Source: Octopus sinensis (Eukaryota). From it: a DNA stretch of 64,000 nucleotides. The DNA lies in NCBI RefSeq assembly GCF_006345805.1, contig NC_042997.1, positions 51,460,001 through 51,524,000 on the forward strand. Direction: 5' to 3'. Both the position numbers and the translations under genes were made by a program. The notes beneath the pieces were generated by a model. The model saw nothing but the letters and a program-made list of their open reading frames with translations, did no database searches and was not told the DNA's origin. This document shows positions 50,810-63,269 of the stretch, piece by piece. Positions within the stretch are counted from its first letter, which is position 1; each line of letters begins with the position of its first letter.

Positions 50810-52557
50810 TCTGTCAAATCACAACAAGGACCTTAGATTTACGTAATATATGTGCAATACCAAGTAATGCCGATATTTGTAATACACCTAGATTGTAGGT
50901 TATTTCTAAAGTTTCCAGATATTTCTTCAGCTTGGTTAGTATTAAAGCCAATGCTCTGATGACAACAGGGACAACCTTTATGTTTGACTTTTGTAGCTAC
51001 CACACCTTGGCAATTTCAATTCTCAGGTCACTGTATTTATCAATCTTTTCTCTTTCTTTGATCTCCTGGCACTGCCCCGTCGATTATTAGGCACTCTTGT
51101 TTGTCCATCCTAAAGGTTACTATATCTGGCCTTCGGTGCTCTAACACCTTGTCTGTCTGGAAGTCAAAGTCCCAGAGCATTTTTGCCTTCCCTATTTCCT
51201 CCATTACTTTTCCAGTGTATGTTGGTACCAAGCACCTGTTACCTCATATCCATACTACCAGCATAGCAGCCTGTGAAAGTTTTGGGTCACCTTGTCATGT
51301 CTGTGCTTGTACTTTTTCTGCATAAGACTTTCACAAGCATTAAAAATGTGATTCATGCTTTTGACCCTTTTCCCACACATTCTCCAGAGCTCCGTTGCAC
51401 TTGTGTGGTATATATCCCTTTTCACTGAGTTGGTATTCAATGCCTGACCCTGGGCAGCGATGATTTGGCTTTCAGTATTCTTTTTTTAGGTCGCCCTTGC
51501 AGAGCCATCTCCATGATGCTTCTTTTAAGTTGTTAGTTTCATGGTGGAACATGTAATTCCATATGGAGTAGAATTTCTTCTCACTCATTGGCGATCCGTG
51601 ATCAGAATTCATTAGCACTCTCAAGTCCATTTTTGGTAAATCCTTCTGCATTGGCAGCATACTGTAGCAGGTCTTGTTTGCTGTTTACCAAATATTCTGT
51701 ACTCCCATATGCTAATCAGCTCATGTCCACCTTTACACCTCTTCATGTAGAGTCTGTGTATGTTCATCTTAGAGTGGAAGACATCACGGATTGTCATTGT
51801 CTTCAGGTAATGCGATCGATATTGGTTAATCTCCTCTTGTGTCCATTTCAGGATGGGTGCACTATAGGGGACTACAGCAACAGCCTATATGCTGATGGCA
51901 GTCACAAGGTTCCTTGAGTTGAGCTTTGATTTCAAGAGAAGTTTGAGATGCTTCAAGTATACAGTGATGACCTTGACTTTCATTTCTCTGTGCAAGATAT
52001 TGTCCAACTCCAGGATCCCAAGGCCTTGTACCGATTATCATTCAGATCTTCCATTCTCCCTCCATTTGGCAATTTTATGTCCCTATAATCTGCTCATTTC
52101 TTCTGTTTCAAAGTGAGCACTGCACACTTCAAAATACTGAATTCCATTGCTATATCCTTGCTGCACATCTGCACAACCTCAGTAAGCCTCTCCATTTCAG
52201 GATCTGTTTTTGCAAACAGTTTTCAATCATCCATGAAGAGAAGGTGGTTGAGACATAGCCCCATTCTTTCTCAGCTCATAGTGCATGTTGACTCTGCATA
52301 GCACTACAGAAAGTGGGATCAAGATTATAACAAATAACAAAGATGAACAAGAGTCTCCCTGGAAGATACCTGTTTTGATTGTTGCCTTGGCTAAGCGCTG
52401 GTTGTTACAGAAAAGACATGTTTTTCAACTAAGCATGCTGCTCTTAATCAGTGCACTCGAGTGTTTCCAAAATCCACAAATGCAGCAACATGTTGTAAGC
52501 CTTTTCAAAGTGTATCCATGAATGTGGCAACATGTCGTAAGCCTTTTTAAAGTCTAT
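50810..52557 (-). mobile_element. R4/Dong-like LINE, 5'-truncated within RT
   Basis: IDFKKAYDMLPHSW (duplicated at the 5' junction), LNHLLFMDD*KLFA, WLCKGDLKKE, CG...HIFNAC...YKHRHD, LWDFDFQTDKVLEHRRPDIV...IID.AVPGD (RLE domain). Confidence 0.9.
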
Positions 52558-52800
52558 ATTATTATTATTATTATTCAGTAGTTTTATTTTTATAGCGTGC
52601 TTTCACTTCACAACCGAGCGCAGCTCTGTGTGCCTTTGGTATGTGCTGTGATTTGTTGTGATGCACTGATGGTTACTGTATTGAAAGTGCTTTGCGTAGG
52701 ATCTGTGCAGTGCCCAGTAGTGCAATTTTCTGTATGTTAATATGTGTTTGTAAGTCCAGGTGTTTTTGTTATGTATTTGTCTGAATATTTTTTTTATCAT
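52558..52800 (-). mobile_element. RLE-LINE 3' end, family 2
   Basis: Colinear with 50446-50700; (AAT)n tail. Confidence 0.85.
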
Positions 52801-52821
52801 ACCTATTATTATTATTATTAT

Positions 52822-53020
52822 TATAGAATCATTAGCACACTGGGCAAAATGCTTAGTGGTATTTCATCCGTCTTTATGTTCAGAGTTCAAATTCTGTTAC
52901 AGCCGACTTTACCTTTCATCCTTTTAGGGTCAATAAAATATGTAACAGTTGAGCACTGGGGCTGATGTAATTGACTATGCCCTTCCCTTGAAATTGCTGG
53001 CCTTGCACCAAAATTTGAAA
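52822..53020 (+). mobile_element. SINE family B after a (TAT)n tract
   Basis: gaatcattagcacactgggcaaaatgcttagtggtatttc...cagagttcaaattc...gttgagcactgggg. Confidence 0.85.
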
Positions 53021-53589
53021 TCATTACTGTTGGTGTTGTTATTTATGGTGTATTAAAACTAATTTAAAAAGTATGACAAAATAGTTTTGCTGCTTTCTTT
53101 GTAATTTATAAAATTCAAATTATCTTTTCAGTTGACATCATTATAAAAAAGGTACTTTCTACAGAATGGAATCAGATGCCAAATGTCTGTTGCTTCCTAA
53201 TTATGGCTTATTGCTAGGCTTCAAAAGCATTACAGAACAGTAGTAGAGTAATTATTATAAAAAGTGTCATGTCACTAAACACTAGTTCTTTGGTTTGATT
53301 GATGCCACATTCCCAGCAGAAAAACTTAATTCCCTCCAGGCATTCTTTTAACTGTATTTAGAACTTCTAGAATTAAACAAAAATTTTTTTCTAGCAGAAT
53401 ATGAAGAAGACATTGTAAGGGAGAGGTGTCAAAATTTTTCAACTAGCCAATTAGAAGAGGAAGAGAGCTGCTGTTAATAGCAGAACAGAAAGAAAAGAAA
53501 AAAAAAAGACATAAAGAGTCAAACATCCTGTGTAAATATAGTACTCAAACTGAAGTTTTACTTTTTCATTTATTATTAGTTTCTATGAG

Positions 53590-53760
53590 AGCGGTGAGTT
53601 GGCAGTATCATTAGAGCACTGGACAATATGCCTTACAGTTTTTGTTCAGGTTCTCTATGTTCTGAGTTCAAATCCTCTTAAGGTCAACTTTTATCTTTCA
53701 TCCCTCTAGAGTCAATAAAATAAAATACAAGCAGATTGACTTAACTGACTAATTCTCTCC
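53590..53760 (+). mobile_element. SINE family B
   Basis: gcggtgagttggcagtatcattagagcactgg...ctgagttcaaatcc...tcaacttttatctttcatcc. Confidence 0.75.
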
Positions 53761-54233
53761 ACCTATTGACAGCTAAATTAGTGATTATTAGTTCTTATGT
53801 AATTAACCTTGTAAACAATAATTTGCTGAAAGTATCTCACTATGAAAAATAAATTTGTGATTCCACATACATAAAAGTAATGTGACCTTAATCCATAAAG
53901 TTGTTAATTTATTTCAGATCACAAACGAAGAAACAAATAGTCCATGCCTTTACTTCATAAGATTCAGCTTACCAAATTTCTCTTTTTTTTCATCAGTCTG
54001 TAGGATTAGTAAATATAGAATTGTCCTTTTCTTTGTAATATTCAAACATGTAAACATTTTGATAATTTTAGATATATTATAATATTATTTATTTGATTGC
54101 CAATTCATAATTGAAAGTATGCTCTTATTGCATATTTCTATAGTCATCAAACTGATTTAATATATCACACCAAAAATAAATTTTGGATTGCTAACACTAC
54201 AGCATCCAATGAAAGTATACATTAGTTACTGTA

Positions 54234-55098
54234 TGAGGTCTGATCAATAAGTATCCGAACTGTTGCCATAGTAATGAAGCTAAAGCACACAGAGTGAAGT
54301 GGCTTGGCAAAGATTGACCGTGAACTCTGCTGTGCATGCACACTAAGTTTTAAAGCTCTAGCTCACTTTTGCTGTTTACAGCAGTGCTTGGTGACCATCG
54401 CATTGACCATGACAGTGAAAGTTGTCATGGCAATTGCTCAGAGGCCTATACAAAATTGCAGAAAGTGTACAGAGAGGAGTGTATGAGCTGCACACAAGTG
54501 TATGGGTGTTTCAGACATTTCCAAAATGGCCAAAAAAATGTCGATATTGATGAATGTTCTGGGAGACCCGCAACCAGCAGAACTGAGAAAAAGATGTGTG
54601 TGCGGCTCTGAGGGGGAATCATTGAATGACCATCCATGATTCATTAGAGGATGTACAGATTATTTACAGTTCAGTTCAGTCCATTATCACTGAGGATTTG
54701 GGTATGAGTTGTGTGTTTGCCAAGTTCATGCCAAAACTGCTTTCAGCTAACCAAAAAGACACTCGGGTTCAGCTGTACAAGATCTCCTTGATTGTGTTGA
54801 GAATGATAAAAACTTTTTCAAAACTTTGCATAGGACTCTGAGCAGGTATCACCAAGCTTTTAGTAAAATTTGATGCAGATTCTCTGCTCAACTTTCTCTG
54901 CCATGGTCAATGCGATGATCACATGCTACACACCTTCCTTCTAAGCACTGCTCTAAACAGCAGAAGTAAGCTAGACTGTTAAAACTTAGTGTGCATGCAC
55001 AACAGAGTTCAAGGTCAATCTATGCCAAACAGCTTCACACTCTGTGCTTAGCTTCTTTAATTATGGCAATAGTGCGGATACTTATTGATCAGACTATG
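54234..55098. mobile_element. Non-autonomous mariner made of two head-to-head 5' ends
   Basis: TA|tgaggtctgatcaataagtatccg ... cggatacttattgatcagactatg|TA; + strand CSEAYTKLQKVY...QVYGCFRHFQNG...DECSGRPATS; minus strand MAEKVEQRICIKFY*KLGDTCSESYAK. Confidence 0.88.
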
Positions 55099-55914
55099 TA
55101 GAAGCAGAAATAAAGTTAACAAGAAACAAACATAAAACTTTGTGTTTTGAAATAAATAAACTATGTGATAAATGCAGACACACTAGGACAGGTCTATTCC
55201 ATGGTTAAAGATACATAGTGCACTTTTATGAGATGCAATGGGTGGGAAGTAATGTACTAGATCAGCCATAAGCAAACTTTAGTCTACACAGGATTTCCAA
55301 AATGTCACACCTTTTGAAAAATGACCTTGAATTTTTTTAATAGTGTGGCTTGCCTGATGATGAGCCATGTCTCATGTGGCTAGCTTCTTGAAAAAGGCTG
55401 CCCATAACTGTACTAGATATTAGACCACAAGATTATGAATTCACATTTTGCTTCAAATATTGTTTTAGAATGACAAAGCATATTATTCTATTAGATTCTG
55501 ACTGTCTTCCTTCATGGTTAAATAATTGCATTTAGGAAGGATGTCAGGTTATATAAACAATCATTTCACAGTTGTTTTCAATAATCTTTAAACCAAAAAT
55601 GTTCTTGATTTATCTTTAATGTTTTTATGTAGTTACTTCCTTAATGGTTAATCTGATACTGCCCTATTGACATATTTATGTGCATAAAACAAGTGCATGC
55701 AGTGATACAAATGGGACAAGAAAAAAGCATACAAGCATAAAAATATATTTCTTGCTCCAGTTTATAGCCTTTCAATATTTAATGATGAGTTTTAACATAC
55801 AGATTTTTACACTTATATTTTTAAGGTTAGAATTAATAACTTTCTCTAACAAGCCATTTTTCACAGCTTCTTAAAGAAAGTCTAGGATAACCTTCAAAAT
55901 GTAATTAAACTTAC

Positions 55915-56050
55915 AAATGGAAGTAGAACGTTTTGACAACTTTAGCAAGTTCATCTAAGGTGTAGAGACGTCTTGGAGAGATGTCAACATTTAGAGCAGC
56001 ACGAAGATAGTCAAAGTTGCAGTTGGAACTCACAGTAGGCTTGACACAGT
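55915..56050 (-). CDS. Candidate host exon (5' boundary unresolved)
   Basis: Only one frame is open (CVKPTVSSNCNFDYLRAALNVDISPRRLYTLDELAKVVKTFYFH); ends at a TTT|GTAAGT donor; not TE-like; lies at the CpG transition. No clear acceptor or in-frame ATG. Confidence 0.35.
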
Positions 56051-56084
56051 AATTATTATCATTGCCATCGTCATCGTTGTTGTT

Positions 56085-56345
56085 GTCGTCATCGTCATCA
56101 TCATCATCATCATCGTTTAACGTCCGTTTTCCATGCTGGCACGGATTGGACGGTTTGGCAGGAGTTGGCAAGGCCAGGGGTCGCACCAAGCTACATTGTC
56201 TGTTCTGACATAGTTTCTTCGACTGGCTGCCCTTCCTAATGCCAACCACTTCACAGAGAGTACTGGATGCTTTTTTTTTTTGTGTGTGGCACCATCATCA
56301 GCGCTTTTTTTACGTGACATCACTATCAATGCTTTTTACGTGGAA
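56085..56345 (-). mobile_element. RTE 3' end with CpGs retained
   Basis: catcatcgtttaacgtccgttttccatgctggcacggattggacgg...gcccttcctaatgccaaccac; short gctttttacgtg units at 56300-56345. Confidence 0.88.
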
Positions 56346-56959
56346 CCATCACTAGCGTTTTTGTTTTTTTTTTTAAATAATTTATAAACAAACTTCTGCA
56401 AGGTAATTTATCTGTACACAATTCAATACATACATAAACATATGTAGTCCTACTATGAAAAATTGTTTTGGGCTGAAACCCAAGTTAACGAAAATACATG
56501 AATAAGGATTTGACTGTCATAATATTGAGTCTTATTAAATTCTCGTCCGATTCAGTATATTTGTCATGTGCTTTCTGAAGTAGGCAATAAAAACCTTATA
56601 AACAAACTGTTATCTACATAATACTGTGGTAGTTAGACAAACATTAACTGAAATTAATTATGCCTTTCCTAACAGAAAATGACATAATATGTATTTATTA
56701 TGTGAACATGTAAAGGAAACTGAAAATTGTGATAATGTTCCCCTCATTACTGGCACTTATTAACTTGAGAAAAATAAAAAGGCCACATATAGAATGAGAT
56801 ATTCGAAAATAAAAAAATGTTAAAAGATACTCCTCGGAATTAAAATCATGACAAAGATTTTCAAAATCCCCTTTTTGCGATAGATGGAGATTGCCTGAAG
56901 TAAATAAGGGAGAAGGAGAGAGAAGACAGCAGAAGGAACAGCATAAAAAAAAAAGAACA

Positions 56960-57012
56960 TGAAATGGGAGAGAGAGAGAGAGAACGAAGCAGAAAAGAGC
57001 AAGAGAGAGTAG

Positions 57013-57049
<37 letters not shown>

Positions 57050-57215
57050 GAAGAGTGAGAGAAAGCGGAAGGGACAGAGAGAGAGCGAGAGAGAAAGAAG
57101 AATATGTATAGAGACAACAAATATGGAAAGCTAGAGAACTGGAGGCTAAGGGAGAAAGAGAGAGGGAGTGAGAACAGAGACAGAAAGAAAGATAGAAAGA
57201 AAGAAAGAGAAAGGG
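56960..57215. repeat. (AG)n/(AAAG)n purine-rich low-complexity tract
   Basis: Directly visible. Confidence 0.85.
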
Positions 57216-57504
57216 AAGAAAATATAGTGTGAAAATGTCTATATTTCAGTGGAGGTTAAACTCGAAAAATTAAAGAGAACAGATGAATGCTGGAAATAGC
57301 ATAAAGAATGTTACAAAATAAACATCGTAATATAAACGTTTAAATACAATTTTTATCTGAAATAATGTATAAAAAACTAAAGATGCATTTAAGACTGCAT
57401 CTCTGAGGGCAGGTTTATTAAAATTAGATTTTAGAAAAAATTATGCCATTTAATTTCTGTGACCCAGGTCATGTTTTCATACATGGTTTAACGAGCAGTG
57501 CGAG

Positions 57505-57930
57505 ACTGTCACCATCACCCACCCTCCTGCTTATCACCATCATTACCCCAATCGTCATCATCATCATCATCATCACCACAATATTCGTTAAACCATTATT
57601 ATCACCACTAGCTCCACTACCACCATCACCACCACAATCATCATAATAATCATCAACATCATCATCATTATAATTGTCGTCATCGACCATCTCATCATCA
57701 TTTTTTCGTTATTCTGCTTCATTTATGTTCTAGATTTTTATAAAAAATTTTCTTTTTGTATATATTCGGATTTTTTTTTTCATGCTAAATTTTTAAGGGT
57801 ACCAATGTCTCAGACGTAACTGTGTGGTGAAAATTATGATTGAATAAAAAAAGAGATGCTGGCGATGATGCTGATGATAATGACGAAGACGACGACGACG
57901 ACGAGGTGGATGAGGAGGAGACTGATGATT
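57505..57930. repeat. (CAT/CAC)n and (GAC/GAT)n trinucleotide low-complexity tracts
   Basis: Visible at 57505-57700 and 57860-57930. Confidence 0.85.
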
Positions 57931-58373
57931 AAGAGTAAAGCAAATATGGTAGCTGCTGCTTCTGTTCGGCACTGCTGCTGCTAGAATCTCAATTATCTCA
58001 GCTAAAAGCTCGTTTCTCCTCTATTATGGCGACAAGTAGCAGCAGTCGATGACAGTAGAGCACTACCAGTAGTCAACATTGTTCTCACAGGGCCCCATGA
58101 TCAGTTTAATGCTTTCTAAATCAACTTACATGACATATGCTACCTGCTTCACTATCTCGGATTAGTCGTATTACTTTGACACTTCAGCAAAACCGGGAAT
58201 TTGTAGAGACACATCCAGTGTTCACTGGTGTGTTATTTCCCTGACCTTTTATTTCACGATGTCTATTGTTCAGCCGCCAAGTTCATTTCACAAAGTTATG
58301 TAAACAACAGTATTATTTCTGTATGAATCTGTGACCAAGCCGATCTGTTGTATTATTTAATTTTTCCGTGCAG

Positions 58374-58464
58374 AATACAACAGCTGGCCAAACGTCTCCA
58401 CTGTACATAGTTACTCTTGCTCCATCAACATCATGATGGAAACATAACACTATGATGATTAAAG
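58374..58464 (+). other. Candidate spliced exon (5' UTR with possible start ATG ATG ATT AAA G)
   Basis: Acceptor tttttccgtgcag| and donor AAG|gtaagt; all frames closed except the terminal MMIK from 58452; CpG-rich context. Confidence 0.3.
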
Positions 58465-60567
58465 GTAAGTGTTATTCTGGCTTTTCTATTGCATCTCGTT
58501 ATTTTTATTCGTATAATGGCATCACTCAGCAGTAATATTTAGGTGGAGTATTTTTTAGAAATTCATTACATTTAATTGTCTGTCTAGCAACATATAATTC
58601 TGTATGCATAAATTCTTACATATAAATAGCTAATATACATAATCTGCCTAAGGGTAAATAACGCAATTGATGTAAAGTGTCCATAAAGTGAGGGTCAATT
58701 CTACAATTATACATTTAAGTGAAAAGATCCCCCATTTTTTCAAAGAGTTTCTAGCTTCCATTGCACATCTCTTCATCTTTTACCACTGGTACCTAAATTT
58801 TGCTTAAATATACTGTCAGCTAAATATTTCCTCAGGGTTTGCCTGTACAGATGACGTTACTTACTTATCATCGAAGGTGATAGTGCAATAATAATGTCTT
58901 TATTGCAAAACAAAATCACTAAAATCTTTACAGTACGTATATATATATTTTTTTTCTTTTCTAAGTGATTTGCATGTTGGCTATTGCATGATGATGCCAC
59001 CATGCCTTTGTGTGAGTGTGTCTTTGGTTCTCTGTCTCTGAGTACCTGAATCTTGGTGTATGTGTGTGTATGAATCTCTGAGTGATATCATATCAGTTCG
59101 ATAGCTACAGCACGTTGGTTTATTTAATTTTTTAACACATACACACACACACACACACATACATGTATATATTATCCGAAGACGACTCTCGGATTTATGT
59201 TTTCTAAAAACGATTATATATATATATATAAAATACATGGTCTCTTATATATATATATATATAGTAAATAAGAGATATGAGAAAGTGTTATGGACCCACC
59301 TACACATATACATAGAAAGTGACAGTGCAAACAAATTCTCATATTTTCAAAATGAACGGACTTAATTTGTCAATCGATTAACTAATTAATCAATTGTTAA
59401 TTGCTTGAATGAAAGACATGCTAAAATGTCTAATAGACGAAGGAATAGCTGCTAGACATTTCTGAGACAGTTATATGTAATTCTGGCGCCTAGATTCGAT
59501 GAAGGTGTCGAACGAGATATTAAATATCTTTAATCGCATGGATGTTTGAAGGTAAGTTATCGTTATAACCCTGCCCACCCCGAACAAAGACAAACAAATG
59601 TATGTCTTATATTCATCTACATTGACTCCATTTGATGTATAATTTCAAGAATCTATTGTCGAAAAGGAATTTAGTCGTACCTTATTTTGTTTGGGAGACG
59701 GTGCCAGCTTACCAAGTGAGTTTTGTTTTCTGGTGCATATTTCCTTTTAACCATTTTTTTGAAATAGATTTTTTTTTCTTTTTCATTGTGATTCGCACGA
59801 TCTTTTAATCTTGTTAATATTTAATGATACTTAAACACAGGCACAAGGCAATATATTTAGTAGGATGAAATAGTTGATTAAATCGAAGTCTGTACTTGAC
59901 GGATATTATTTTATTGAAGTTTCCATTTAAAACCATTACGATTATATTAAACATTTATAGATGTAACGTCAATGAATGTATTTTTCTCTTTTTTTCTTTT
60001 GTCGGTGACAAACCAAATTCTCTGGCTCCAATCAGTTTCATTGAGAATTAACGTAGATGAGTATTTTTATTTAATGACCATAACAAAGCAACTGTTTTGG
60101 TGATCACTTCCTCAATATAATACATACATATGGGTTTCTCTTGCGGAAATTATTTTATTTCGATATATTTTGGTACGACTTTTTTTTTTTTTTTTAATTA
60201 AGGTATGATCGCAAATCTTATAGGTTCATCTATATTGTCTAAGCATAATATTTATTTAATAATTCATTAAAGAGGAAAATATAATGAGGCTTTAATTCTG
60301 GTATTATTCGGCTTAGATAGGACTTTAACATCTTTCACTTGCCACAACATCCCATTCCTCTTCGAAATTCCTAAGTTCTTTAGATCAGTTTCTTCTAATG
60401 TTTCATATATATATATATATACACGTAAATATATATACAATATATATATATACACGTAAATATATATATACACGTAAATATATATACAATATATATACAC
60501 ATTAATATATATCATACATATATATATACATAATATACAAAGAGGAATTATGTATATTTACAATTAA

Positions 60568-60680
60568 CGGGCATATGGAGTATTGGTATTGGTTAAGAGC
60601 GCGGGATACTAACCCCACGATTACGAGTTCGATTCCAGGCAGTGACCTTAATAACGATGATGATGATGATAATAATAATA
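60568..60680 (+). mobile_element. Stand-alone tRNA-like head of the palindromic element family
   Basis: gggcatatgg...ggttaagagcgcgggatactaaccccacgattacgagttcgattccaggcagtgacc matches 40915-40986; no hammerhead part follows. Confidence 0.8.
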
Positions 60681-60748
60681 TATGTGTATATATATATATA
60701 GTTTATGTATATGTGTATATATATATATATTGTGTTTTCATGTTTGGA

Positions 60749-60786
<38 letters not shown>

Positions 60787-60787
60787 T

Positions 60788-60841
<54 letters not shown>

Positions 60842-61429
60842 CACACACATACTTAACTGATTTTCTGTAGAATGGTTTTATACCATTCCTTTGTCTTTTT
60901 GTTTTCTAATCTGGCATCCTTTAAAAGTACTTTATACTTTCAGTTTAGTACTTTGGTTACACAATTCATGCACTTTTCAAATAGATGATCAAATTCTCTC
61001 GGGATCGACTTTCGTCTTTCTTTCTCTCTTTTTTTTTTTTTAACAATTTCATAAAAATAAAATAACAGTCAAGTACTAGTTAATTATAATCAACTGTCTC
61101 CTCGTCTTCAAAATTTGTGGCCTTGTGCCTGTGTCAGCAGAGATCCTTAATAAAAAAAACGATATTTTACTTATATTAACAGTTACAAATTGTGAGGGTA
61201 TCTCGTATAGTTTATTCGATTGCCATAGAAGGCCACCTTAATACTCACTGATGTGACATGTCGGTTTACAGTATTGTAGTAAGAGTTAGATAAGCTGATA
61301 AATACTTTTTTATGAGTATGTGCCGGAGAAACTTGCGTTTAATCTCTGTTCCCATTATTCTCTAAGTATAATTTTTGTATGTGCATTGATAATTAATTGC
61401 TAACTTAGAAAACGATGTGTCATTGTATG

Positions 61430-61469
<40 letters not shown>

Positions 61470-61522
61470 CACACACACACACACACACACATTCTCACTC
61501 TCTAGACGTTGATATTAATGTA

Positions 61523-61582
<60 letters not shown>

Positions 61583-61585
<3 letters not shown>

Positions 61586-61912
61586 AGGAGTAGTTTAGCT
61601 TGCTAACCAACCACATGGTTCCGGGTTCAGTCCTACAGCGTTCCGCTTTGGGCGAGTGTCTTCTGTTATAGCCCCGGGCCGACCAAAGCATTGTAAGTGG
61701 ATTTGATAGATGGAAACTGAAAGAAGCCCGTCATACATATATATATGTTTGTGTGTGTCTGTGTTAATGTCCCCGTAACTTAGCGGTTCAGCAAAAGAGA
61801 CCGATCGAATAAGTACTAGGCTTCCAAAGAATAAGTCTTGAGGTCGATTTGCTCGACTAAAGGCGGTGCTCCAGCATGGCCACAGTCAAATGACTGAAAC
61901 AAGTAAAAGAGT
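61583..61912 (+). mobile_element. SINE family A, CpG-rich copy after (TA)n
   Basis: gcgcaggagtag...ttccgggttcagtcc...gccccgggccgaccaaagc...aaggcggtgctccagcatggcc...gactgaaacaagtaaaagagt. Confidence 0.92.
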
Positions 61913-62195
61913 AAAAAAAAAAAGAATATAACACATTTATTTATATTCATATATTTATTCATATGAATATAAACACACACACATACATAATAGCTGTCCA
62001 ATAAATTTTCATGAGTCGAAGCTTCAGTCTTGTCCAATGATACAATGATTGTTGATTTACCTCTCTGCAGTTGGATTATTTTTTCTAAACATGAAATCAT
62101 TCGGTAACATGAATTGGCTGTATTTAGACAAAGTTTATATTGCATAAATAATAATCCATAATGTGTGTGTGTGGTATTTATATATACACATATGA

Positions 62196-62225
<30 letters not shown>

Positions 62226-62230
<5 letters not shown>

Positions 62231-62374
62231 CTTCCGTGCCGGTGGCACGTAAAATGCACCAATCCGACCGTGGCCGTTGCCAGCCTCGCCTGGCACCTGT
62301 GCAGGTGGCATGTAAAAAGCACCCACTACACTCACGGAGTGGTTGGCATTAGGAAGGGCATCCAGCTGTAGAAT
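62226..62374 (+). mobile_element. Internal piece of an RTE 3' UTR
   Basis: gccggtggcacgtaaaatgcacc...cacggagtggttggcattaggaagggcatccagctgtagaa. Confidence 0.88.
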
Positions 62375-62654
62375 TTATGAGAAATTTATGTAAAAATTTA
62401 TGAACTACTCATATATAGAATATATATATATGATTCAAATTTACAGAAAAGCAAAAGATGAAAACATGGGTATAAACAACAGACAGGGGTAGTAGTTTGA
62501 TGCTTTGAGAGGTGAAAAAGTCTTTTACATTTTGAGCCTATGCTCTTCAACAGAAAGGAACACAATGAAATAAGCAGAGAGAGAATAAAAAATACTTTTG
62601 GAGTTAGTGGTAAATTGTATATGTATACATATATATACATACATCATCATCATC

Positions 62655-62718
<64 letters not shown>

Positions 62719-62721
62719 ATA

Positions 62722-62821
62722 NNNNNNNNNNNNNNNNNNNNNNNNNNNNNNNNNNNNNNNNNNNNNNNNNNNNNNNNNNNNNNNNNNNNNNNNNNNNNNN
62801 NNNNNNNNNNNNNNNNNNNNN
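62722..62821. other. Assembly gap (100 N) inside a (TA)n tract
   Basis: Run of N. Confidence 1.
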
Positions 62822-63024
62822 TATGTATATATGTATATATATGTATATATATATATATATATATGTATCTGTCTATATGTCTAATTGTATCTCTACTATT
62901 ATCTGATATATGTAAATGATATATATATATATATCAATAATATATATATATACATATATGTCTTGTTTATATCTGTATATGTATATATATATATATCTAT
63001 CTACTATATATCTATCTATATCTT

Positions 63025-63139
63025 TAAGCAATAAGGGTTTAGCAACGAATTGCCTTACCACATACCGAATTTAGAATAGCAGTCTGCTATTTCTATCGGT
63101 ATGTGGTAAGGCAATTCGTTGCTAAACCCTTATTGCTTA
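63025..63139. repeat. Perfect 44-bp-arm inverted repeat (foldback)
   Basis: taagcaataagggtttagcaacgaattgccttaccacataccga (63025-63068) and its exact reverse complement (63096-63139). Confidence 0.98.
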
Positions 63140-63269
63140 GTATTACTTAAATTTCCCTCGAATGAGGCTTTTACATGCCGAAGACTACTTGGTGTAATTG
63201 ATAATTATTCCAAATTAATTAATTTCACCCTTCATTATTACGGATATATATATATATATATACTCTTTT

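Noticed and set aside
55350-55385. Third hammerhead (cctgatgatgagccatg...tggctagc)
   Set aside because: No GAAA core after the putative stem II.
62540-62919. ORFs spanning the N run
   Set aside because: Artefacts of an assembly gap within (TA)n.
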